Below are positions 18,274-25,869 of a stretch of DNA of 64,000 nucleotides, one piece after another. The notes under the pieces are model-generated. The model searched no databases, was not told the origin of the DNA, and saw nothing but the letters and a program-made list of their open reading frames with translations. The position numbers were made by a program, and so were the translations under genes. The stretch lies in contig CAVQDY010000015.1 of NCBI GenBank assembly GCA_963711365.1, forward strand, positions 170,376 through 234,375, given 5' to 3'. The stretch is from Terriglobia bacterium (lineage in GTDB: Bacteria; Acidobacteriota; Terriglobia; Terriglobales; Acidobacteriaceae). The stretch's first letter is position 1. Each line of letters starts with the position of its first letter.

Positions 18274-20266
18274 ATGGATTTCAAACTCGTTTCCAGTTAC
18301 AAGCCGCAAGGCGACCAGGCCTCGGCAATTCAGGCGCTGACGCGCGGTATTTTCGACCGCGAACAGCACCAGGTCTTGCTGGGCGTCACCGGATCGGGCA
18401 AGACGTTCACCATGGCCAAAGTAATCGAGGCCACCAACCGTCCGACGCTCGTCATGGCTCACAATAAGACGCTGGCCGCCCAGCTCTATCACGAATTCAA
18501 GAGCTTCTTTCCCCACAATGCGGTTGAATATTTCGTCTCTTATTACGACTACTACCAGCCCGAAGCCTACGTCCCCGCCGCCGACCTCTACATCGAAAAA
18601 GAAGCCACCATCAACGACGAGCTCGACAAGCTTCGGCTCTCGGCTACGCGCTCGCTGTTCGAGCGCCGCGATGCCTTGATCGTTGCCTCCGTCAGCGCGA
18701 TCTACGGCCTCGGTTCGCCCGAGGCGTATTACGGCATGATGCTCTTTGTCGAAAAAGGACAGAAGATCAAGCGCGAAGACATCACGCGCAAGCTGGTCGA
18801 TATCCTCTACGAGCGCACCAACGGCGACTTCCGCCGAGGTACCTTCCGCGTTCGCGGCGACGTCATCGAGGTCTATCCCACCTACGACGACATGGCCTAT
18901 CGCATCGAGATGTGGGGAGATCAGATCGAAGCCCTCTCACAGATCGACCCGCTCTTCGGTACGGTCAAGCAGAAAGTACATGCGCCTGCCGATCTACCCG
19001 AAAACGCACTACGTCATGAAAGAAGAGACCCGCGCCTCGGCCGTGGACTCGATCAAGAAAGAACTGGCCTGGTGGGAGGTCGAACTCGAGAAGCAGGGAA
19101 GGCTGGTCGAATCGCAGCGCATTCATCAGCGCACCATGTTCGATCTGGAAATGATCAAGGCCATGGGCTACTGCCACGGCATTGAGAACTACTCGCGTCA
19201 CTTTACTGGACGACTCCCCGGCGAGCCGCCGCCAACGCTCCTCGATTATTTCCCCCGCGATTTCCTGATGTTCATCGACGAATCGCACCAGACCGTCCCG
19301 CAACTGCGCGGCATGTATGCCGGAGACCGCTCGCGAAAAGAAGTCCTCGTCGAGTACGGATTCCGCATGCCCTCAGCCCTCGACAACCGTCCGCTAACCT
19401 TCGAAGAATTCGAGCATCGCACCAATCAGCTCGTCTATGTCTCGGCCACGCCAGGCCCTTATGAGCTGACGAAGTCCGCAGGCGTGGTCGTCGAACAGAT
19501 TATTCGTCCTACCGGATTGATCGATCCGCCAGTTGAAGTGCGTCCAGTGAAAGGACAGATTGACGACTTGCTGCACGAGATTCGCGCGCGCGTCGAAAAA
19601 GGTGAGCGCGTTCTGGTCACCACGCTTACGAAGCGCATGTCCGAAGACCTTGCCGAGTACTACGCCGAAGTTGGAGTGAAGTGTCGCTACATGCACTCGG
19701 AAATCGAAACGCTCGAGCGGGTTAAAATCCTGCGCGACCTGCGCAAGGGCGAGTTCGATGTATTGATCGGGATCAATCTTCTGCGTGAAGGATTAGATCT
19801 TCCGGAAGTCTCCCTGGTCGCGATTCTCGATGCCGACAAAGAGGGTTTTCTCCGTTCCAGTGGATCGCTCATTCAGACCATCGGCCGCTGCGCCCGCCAT
19901 CTCAATGGACGCGCCATTCTCTACGCCGATCGCCAAACCGACTCCATGAAGCGCGCAATGGGCGAGACCAACCGCCGTCGCGCCATCCAGACCGCCTACA
20001 ACGAAGAGCACGGCATCACCCCAGAATCAATCGTCCGCCCGCTCGATATGACGCTGGCGGCCATCGTCGCGGCCGACTACGCCGACCTGACCGGAGGAGA
20101 AGCTGAAGGCATCCCGGAATTCAAGTCGCAAGAAGAAGTCGATGTCTACATTGGAAAGCTCGAAAGCGACATGCGCGAAGCCGCAAAACGCTTCGAATTC
20201 GAGAAGGCAGCCAAGCTGCGGGATACGATTAAGGAGTTAAGGACAAAGGAATTCTTGTTCGCGTGA
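18274..20266 (+). pseudogene. uvrB: Excinuclease ABC subunit B, interrupted by a +1 frameshift at 18973-18976
   Basis: The N-terminal 233 codons are in frame 1 (ORF 18274-19185) and the rest is in frame 2 (ORF 18746-20266). The join ...[10 protein letters not shown]|[13 protein letters not shown] restores the canonical UvrB spacing if one base of cagAAAg is removed. Confidence 0.85.
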
Positions 20267-20901
20267 GGAAGCTTAGTGCTCTCCTAGACACTAATATCCA
20301 GCTCTCCAGGTTTACGCATAAGTGGAATTACGCGCAGCATACTGAGCACCGCATGGATAGAGCGACATCGTGGATCGAGGAGAAGCCGATACCGCGTATT
20401 CTCCGCGGTAAGACCGTAGAACAATCCAGCTCCATCTACGAGTCCCTGACCGACATCGCCAAGATGGTGAAGGACGGACTCGTAGCGCTCTACGAAAGTG
20501 ACGAAACACTACTGGAGTTCCTGAACTTCCGCCCAGTTGGTTTTGGCCTAGGCGAGTTCGACGTGTTTAGGGGAATTACGATCAAGCATGCCCGCGCCCC
20601 ATTCGCCAGGGGATTCCGGATCGATGCGAGCTACACTCCCAACGGCGCAAGGGCGGCTTGGCAGCTTTTTCTCTCGCAGGTTCAACACCCCCACTATCTC
20701 AAGCTTCTGAAGCACACCGGAGGTGCACACAAAGCTGACCTCTATCACGTGTGGGAAGCAGAGCACAATGAACTCGACGCCTTCGTCACATTGGACGTGA
20801 CGTTTGTAAACGCGGTGAGCAACCCCAAACCAATTAAGACCTCAGTCAATATCTGCACGCCGTCGGAGTTCGTTCGCTGGGCAACCCAGTTATCTCACTA
20901 G
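20263..20901 (+). CDS. Hypothetical protein with PIN-like termini (LLDTNI ... [10 protein letters not shown]), long internal insert
   Basis: 212 aa. The GTG start overlaps the uvrB stop (GTGA). The N-terminal ALLDTNI and C-terminal [17 protein letters not shown] resemble the first and last acidic motifs of PIN domains. GC looks lower here by eye. Confidence 0.45.
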   Translation: MRKLSALLDTNIQLSRFTHKWNYAQHTEHRMDRATSWIEEKPIPRILRGKTVEQSSSIYESLTDIAKMVKDGLVALYESDETLLEFLNFRPVGFGLGEFDVFRGITIKHARAPFARGFRIDASYTPNGARAAWQLFLSQVQHPHYLKLLKHTGGAHKADLYHVWEAEHNELDAFVTLDVTFVNAVSNPKPIKTSVNICTPSEFVRWATQLSH

Positions 20902-21002
20902 GTAGCTTGTTGGCGAAAGATCTCAATCCCCCGCCACGGATGCATCGCCAGCAGATCCTCATCTCCCGTGATAATCGCATCCGCCCTGCCGTTCAGCGCG
21001 AC
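20898..21002 (-). pseudogene. C-terminal remnant of a PIN-family toxin
   Basis: A minus-strand frame reads ...[35 protein letters not shown], which is a typical PIN C-terminus. The roughly 100 N-terminal codons are absent. It overlaps the 3' end of the antitoxin ORF. Confidence 0.5.
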
Positions 21003-21193
21003 TTCCGAAACCGTTTTCCCTTGAGTCGGCTTTGGCTGGAAACCTGCACGTCGCGAAACCTAGCGTATTGCTCCGCGGACATGATTACGGCCGCCTTTCG
21101 GCTGTTTCGACAAATCAGCACAGGTTCGTGTTGGACAGCATCGAGCAGGGCACCGAAGCGCTTCCGGGCGTCGGTAATGGTCACTCTTTTCAC
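20993..21193 (-). CDS. Phd/YefM-type antitoxin (C-terminus probably altered by deletion)
   Basis: 66 aa with a GTG start. MKRVTITDARKRFGALLDAVQHEPVLICRNSRKAAVIMSAEQY is a classic Phd/YefM N-domain, but the basic tail is unlike the family. Confidence 0.65.
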   Translation of the reverse strand: MKRVTITDARKRFGALLDAVQHEPVLICRNSRKAAVIMSAEQYARFRDVQVSSQSRLKGKRFRKSR

Positions 21194-21310
21194 GTTTCTA
21201 TTATCGGCAAAAATGGACGAGGGCTGGAGTGCGCAAAGTAGGCTGCAGGTAAAACGTTGTCGGCCCTTGTCCGACTGAACGCCGAGGCGGCTGTCCCCAC
21301 ATGGTTGCGC

Positions 21311-21694
21311 TCACACCCTTCGAACAGGTCCGGGATATTGTGCCACCACGGCGTCGGCGGTGAGAAGCGAGATACCTTCCACGGTAGCCTGTGCCACCAG
21401 CAAGCGATCGAAAGGGTCCTTGTGGAAGGCGGCAGACTGTCGATCGCAACCACATGATCGCTGAGAATCGGCAATTCGCTGTAGCCGTTGTCGAGCAGCC
21501 TCGGCGAAGCAAGCGTGGATCACCTTGAAAATCTTTCCGGCCCAACCCGCGTTTGATCAGCCACTTGCCAGATGCTGGCCGCGCTGAAGAAAAGTTCGTT
21601 CGCAGGATTTCGATCAACCTGAGGGCAGCGGACGAGAGTCGATTTGACTGGCCAGCGGCCCACAGGAGTAGGTGGGTATCAGCAGTAGCTCCAT
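21311..21694 (-). pseudogene. vapC: VapC (PIN) toxin gene with about five 1-nt indels
   Basis: Stitching three frames gives MELLL[D]THLLLWAAGQSNRLSSAALRLIE/PANELFFSAASIWQVA/IKRGLGRKDFQGDPRLLRRG/LLDNGYSELPILSDHVVAIDSLPP/FHKDPFDRLLVAQATVEGISLLTADAVVAQYPGPVRRV*. The ATG overlaps the antitoxin stop. Confidence 0.75.
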
Positions 21695-21936
21695 TTCCCG
21701 CTCGAAAAGATGCGCTCAATCTCCGCTTCGCCCATCCGGTCAAAGTCGTCCGGCACGGAGATCTGCCCGGCCATAAAACCGACCCGCTTGATTTCCGCTC
21801 CTACCGGAACACCCACGGCAGTCACTTTCACCATGGGCTTGCCAGCCTTGGCAATTACGAAGGGCTCTCCTTTGGAGGCTTCTTCGATCAGTTTGGATAA
21901 TTGCGTCTTGGCTTCGTGGATGTTTACAGTTTTCAT
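21679..21936 (-). CDS. Phd/YefM-type antitoxin (partner of the decayed vapC)
   Basis: 85 aa. MKTVNIHEAKTQLSKLIEEASKGEPFVIAKAGKPMVKV is a canonical antitoxin N-domain, and the ORF is intact. Confidence 0.8.
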   Translation of the reverse strand: MKTVNIHEAKTQLSKLIEEASKGEPFVIAKAGKPMVKVTAVGVPVGAEIKRVGFMAGQISVPDDFDRMGEAEIERIFSSGKWSYC

Positions 21937-21937
21937 G

Positions 21938-21966
21938 GACTAGACTAAGTCTAGTTGGTCTAGTTT
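21938..21966. promoter_or_regulatory. Palindrome plus direct half-site repeat immediately upstream of the antitoxin start (candidate TA operator)
   Basis: ACTAGACTAAGTCTAGT (21939-21955) is an 8+1+8 palindrome. GTCTAGTT occurs twice, at 21950-21957 and 21959-21966. Confidence 0.45.
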
Positions 21967-22004
21967 ATGCCTGCATGGGTCTGAAATGCAAGTTGTCTTG
22001 GAAG

Positions 22005-23066
22005 TTATCGTCCGTACGCTGCGCTAGCCGCCATCGGCTTGCGATGGATGGTATACCCATCGTAGGTTTCCTGCCGAAAGTTCAAGTTTGGCGTGCAAAG
22101 CTTCTCAGTCTGGCTCAGGAAGAGATATCCACCCGGCTCAAGATAGAGATGCAACCGCTCCATCAGAGCGATCCGCTGCGCGCGGGAAAGCTGCGGCAAA
22201 ACGTCCATGCAGAAGATGCAATCGAAGCGTCCGATATAGACCGGCTTGGTCAGGTTCATGGTGTTGAAGGTCACCAGGCTACGCAGTCGCGGCTTCACCA
22301 GCAAATGCGCGTTGCCATTCGCTCCATTCCCATTCCCATTCCCATTCCCATTGCCGTTTCCGTTGCCGTTCTGGGATCCTTCCGGCGAGCCGTTTCCGTT
22401 CGCGTTTCCAATTTTTGAAAAGCAGGCCCGAATCATCGCCGGCGGCAGCCCAGCCAGCGCCGATTGCGGATACAGTCCACGTTCCGCCACTTCAATCGAA
22501 GAGCGAAGCAGATCGCTGCCTACAATATGAATTGCCCACTCTTTCCCGGTCGCTGCAGGCGCCGAAGCGTCCGAGATCCCGCCAGTTCGGTTCGCCGCCT
22601 TCGATTCCTTGCTCCCATTGCCATTACTCGATCCATTTCCTGATCCGTTGGGCATGGCCTCGCACAGAGCCATTGCGATGGAGTAGGCTTCTTCCCCCGT
22701 GGCGCAGCCCGCGCTCCAGATGCGCAGCGCGCAGGCCCCATCATCCGCCTTGCGCGAATAGAGTTGCGGCATCACGTGCCGCGCCAGAGCATTCATCGCT
22801 CCGGGATGCCGGAAGAATCCGGTCTTCACATTCAGCACGCCATCGAGAAACTCAGCCAGACTGGCCGGATCCAGATCCGCTGCGCGCAGGCGCTCCAGCA
22901 GCGCCGCCGCCGATTCCAATTCGTGCTTTTCGAGATAGTCAGCCACGTGCGCCGCCAGCGCGCTGTTCGGACAATCCAGCAGTACACCGGTTTGGCGCTC
23001 CACCAGCAGGCGCAGCTCAGAGAGTTCGTGCTCGAGAATGGTGACGCCCGCAATCAGTCTATGCAT
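22005..23066 (-). CDS. CheR-type SAM-dependent protein methyltransferase with Gly/Asn low-complexity inserts
   Basis: 353 aa with CheR motifs TGFFRHP, RIWSAGCATGEEAYSIAMAL and FDCIFCMDVL. Two inserts interrupt the domain: NGSGNGSSNGNGS and GNANGNGSPEGSQNGNGNGNGNGNGNGNGANGN. Confidence 0.85.
   Translation of the reverse strand: MHRLIAGVTILEHELSELRLLVERQTGVLLDCPNSALAAHVADYLEKHELESAAALLERLRAADLDPASLAEFLDGVLNVKTGFFRHPGAMNALARHVMPQLYSRKADDGACALRIWSAGCATGEEAYSIAMALCEAMPNGSGNGSSNGNGSKESKAANRTGGISDASAPAATGKEWAIHIVGSDLLRSSIEVAERGLYPQSALAGLPPAMIRACFSKIGNANGNGSPEGSQNGNGNGNGNGNGNGNGANGNAHLLVKPRLRSLVTFNTMNLTKPVYIGRFDCIFCMDVLPQLSRAQRIALMERLHLYLEPGGYLFLSQTEKLCTPNLNFRQETYDGYTIHRKPMAASAAYGR
22311..22370 (-). 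repeat. Coding hexanucleotide (GGN-AAY)n microsatellite inside the CheR-like gene
   Basis: The plus strand reads CATTCC x4, then CATTGC CGTTTC CGTTGC CGTT. The translation is (NG)n. Confidence 0.8.
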
Positions 23067-23157
23067 GCAATCCTTCCCCGTAGGGCGAACGAATTTGTGC
23101 CTGGCTACTTGGCCGGCGACCTGCTTGGGGAGGTCGAACTCTCATCTCTTTTCCGCT

Positions 23158-23838
23158 TCAATTGCTCGGCGTCGCCGCATACGACTTGCAGGAATCCTGC
23201 ACTGCCTGCTGCGCCACCACATTCATTTCTTTTTCCAGCGACGAAAAACGCTGCATGATTTCGTGAATGCGCAGCGTCATGTTGCGGATCGTTTCCATCT
23301 GCGCCCGCGTCTGCGCCGACAAGCTTCCCGGTTCCAGCAACAGCAGGTCAGAATTTCCCAGCACCGAAGTCAGCGCATTGTTCATGTTGTGCCGCATCTC
23401 CAGCATGTAGCGGCCCAGCATGGCGTGCCGTTCCAGCGTCGAGCAGGCAAGCTCGGCGATCCGCGCGCGGTTTTCAGCGCGCGACCGATGTACCGCCTCC
23501 GCTGCCGCCAATACCAATGTCTCCAGCCAATGCTCACTCGGACGCAGAATCGAAACTCGCGGCCAACGATCTCGCACCAACTGCGCCGTCGCGGCGTCCT
23601 GGCAAACACAAAACACCGGCTGGCCCGTGGAATGCAGAGGCTCTAGAACAACTGACAGCAGATCGCGCCGCAACTGCCCGACGATCGCGACGTCGAACAC
23701 ATCGACGGCGAATCGCGGCCACAACTCCCCGCTCAAAAGCGTGAACGTCGGCACATTCCGCTCCATCTGCCAGCGAGCCGTGATCCGCCGCGAAAAATCA
23801 GCTTCGTCGGAAATGATCAGTACTGTGGGTGTTTCCAC
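23158..23838 (-). CDS. Pseudo-receiver + HisKA-only protein (no ATPase domain)
   Basis: 226 aa. The N-terminal REC-like fold (VLIISDEAD...) has Gly where the phospho-Asp is expected (DVAIVGQL). The C-terminal H-box helix reads LEMRHNMNNALTSVLGNSDLL. There is no HATPase_c domain. Confidence 0.65.
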   Translation of the reverse strand: METPTVLIISDEADFSRRITARWQMERNVPTFTLLSGELWPRFAVDVFDVAIVGQLRRDLLSVVLEPLHSTGQPVFCVCQDAATAQLVRDRWPRVSILRPSEHWLETLVLAAAEAVHRSRAENRARIAELACSTLERHAMLGRYMLEMRHNMNNALTSVLGNSDLLLLEPGSLSAQTRAQMETIRNMTLRIHEIMQRFSSLEKEMNVVAQQAVQDSCKSYAATPSN

Positions 23839-23889
23839 TAAATCCTCATTCCAATCTCTGTCCTTAAATCAGCTGCTTCCGACCGGCCG

Positions 23890-25155
23890 CTACTTCTTCT
23901 TCGGTTGCGGCGCTGCCTCTGGATCCCAAGCGGGCGCACCAGAAACTTCAAACTCGGGTGCATCTACCGCCGGAGCGGCGGGTTTCGCAGCCGGCTTGGC
24001 CAGCGATCCATGACCCGCTGTCGATTTTGTCCCTGCTTCTTTTGCCGCCACCGGTCTCGCCCCAGCCGTTGCCGCGGCCGCTTTTGCCGCCGCCGGAGCA
24101 GGCTTGACCGCTGCCGAGGCTTTCACCGGAACTGCCGCTGCCGCTGGTTTCACCGGAACCGCTGGCTTGGTCGCCACACCACCCGGAGTCGCCGGTTTCC
24201 CCGCCGCTGCCGGCTTGGCTACACCCGCCGCTGGTTTAGCTGCGACGTCCGCCTTCCCCTTCGCTTCCGCTCCCGGAGCTTTGCCGCGTCCCAATGCGTG
24301 CTCGACCGATGCCCGCAGATCCACCAGCATGCGCAGCGGTGAACCGGACGAGTACTCTGCCTGGAACATCACCTTCCATGACTGGCAGATCATGCGCAAT
24401 CGCATAATCGGCTCCTGCGCGGAAAACTGCGCACGCCGGCAGTCGATCGTCTCAATGCCTTTGTCTTCCAGTTCGGTGAGTCCATCGAGAATGAGGTTCA
24501 AGTCTCCCAGCATCAGACGGAAGAATGCCCGGCGCATGAGATAGCCGAAGCGCGTGAAAGCCACCAGCGCTACCGGCAAATAGAACAACTCCCCCGCCAG
24601 ACCTTTGGCCTTGCGCCCCTGCTCCAGGACGCCGCCATGCAGCAACTCGTCCAGCGATTTGCACTTTCTCGCCGATTCCAGCACGCGGTCCAGCGCGTTC
24701 AGCCATACCGGAGCCTTCAATTCCACCTGCCCCAGCACCGCCTCCATCGTCTGCGCCACAAACGCCAGATCCACATCGGTGTCGTTCAGCCCCGCGGGTG
24801 CGATCTGGCTGAAATACTGCACCAGCAAGAAATCGACTTTGTCGCGGATGGCCTCCGTCTTGGCCTGTTTCGCCAGAAAATGCTGCAAAAGTATGACTAG
24901 CCCTTCCTGACTCACCAGCGAGCTGGTTTGCAGAAACTGCCGCAGCTGATGCACCTGGATCGAGTTGTCCATATGCTCGATCCACTGATTTGCCTGCTCG
25001 ACTGTTTCTTTTCCGGGCGTGTCGACCATCGCTTCCAGGTCGGCGCACGCTTGAACGTCGATGGCGAACTCGCGCGCCAGCTCAAAATAGATGGGATACA
25101 ACTTGCGGGCGTAGCTCCACTGCGTTGCCAGATCTTGCATGGGTGAAGAAGTCAT
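23890..25155 (-). CDS. Hypothetical protein, helical N-domain plus Ala/Pro/Lys-rich (KPAA-type) C-terminal tail
   Basis: 421 aa. The ATG overlaps the stop of the upstream ORF (ATGA). The last 130 or so residues are repeats of the KPAAGVAKPAAAGKPATP... type. Confidence 0.7.
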   Translation of the reverse strand: MTSSPMQDLATQWSYARKLYPIYFELAREFAIDVQACADLEAMVDTPGKETVEQANQWIEHMDNSIQVHQLRQFLQTSSLVSQEGLVILLQHFLAKQAKTEAIRDKVDFLLVQYFSQIAPAGLNDTDVDLAFVAQTMEAVLGQVELKAPVWLNALDRVLESARKCKSLDELLHGGVLEQGRKAKGLAGELFYLPVALVAFTRFGYLMRRAFFRLMLGDLNLILDGLTELEDKGIETIDCRRAQFSAQEPIMRLRMICQSWKVMFQAEYSSGSPLRMLVDLRASVEHALGRGKAPGAEAKGKADVAAKPAAGVAKPAAAGKPATPGGVATKPAVPVKPAAAAVPVKASAAVKPAPAAAKAAAATAGARPVAAKEAGTKSTAGHGSLAKPAAKPAAPAVDAPEFEVSGAPAWDPEAAPQPKKK

Positions 25156-25421
25156 GATTTCACGATCCAGTTGGGCACGTTGCGCCGGAAGCGCGCGGCC
25201 ACGAGAGTCTTGCCAGCCTGATACTGCACGGCGACGACAGAAACTTCCTCGTCAAGCGAGCCATCGGAGTTCCGTACTCTCAAAATATCGGCAAACTCCA
25301 GCGGAGTCTTTGAGGCGAACAGCACTTCCCGAGGGGTGCCAAATTCGATGACCGTGCTCTCGCTGAAATCTGCCGCTGAGCCCGCCTCGATCACTCTCGC
25401 CAGCTGCACCGGCACTCGCAT
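25152..25421 (-). CDS. Small PilZ-like beta-barrel protein lacking RxxxR / DxSxxG motifs (start uncertain)
   Basis: From ATG 25421 the sequence is MRVPVQLARVIEAG...STVIEFGTPREVLFASKTPLEFADILRVRN...VSVVAVQY. The track ORF extends to TTG 25556. Confidence 0.45.
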   Translation of the reverse strand: MRVPVQLARVIEAGSAADFSESTVIEFGTPREVLFASKTPLEFADILRVRNSDGSLDEEVSVVAVQYQAGKTLVAARFRRNVPNWIVKS

Positions 25422-25869
25422 CGAGGTCGCGTCCGGGAAAAACCGCGCCAGTCCAGCGACTGGACTGGCATTTTGCCCGCTGCGTGCTGTCGCTGTGCCT
25501 TGATGCGCCAATCGATTCCTATCCTGAAACAATCTGCGCGGACGCTCCGTCCGCAAAACCTTAAACCTGACTCATCTACTGCTCGGCTCGACGGAATGCG
25601 GTCGGGCTCCCCCTCTTCCTGGTTTGGAAGAGCTTTGGGGAGCCGGTATCCGCGGTTCGCAGGGAAATGGAGCAACGTGAGAACCAACCCACGGAACGAA
25701 AGGTCTACTCCTGACGTGGATGGCTTTTCAGTGACTTAGACCGCTTACCTTCACAGATGCCTGAGCGGCCAATCTGCTCTCGGTCTCAGCTTGAGACCGC
25801 GTCTCAACTCTTTCATCGCCGCAAGCTGACGAATGAATACAGTCTCACTCTTCTTTCGCGGGATACTGC

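Noticed and set aside
20907-21278. A 123-aa plus-strand ORF across the first TA module. ORFs 21201-21743 (-) and 21553-21900 (+) were considered with it.
   Set aside because: The opposite-strand or alternate frames carry clear Phd and PIN homology. These ORFs are by-products of the frameshifted vapC and of antisense reading.
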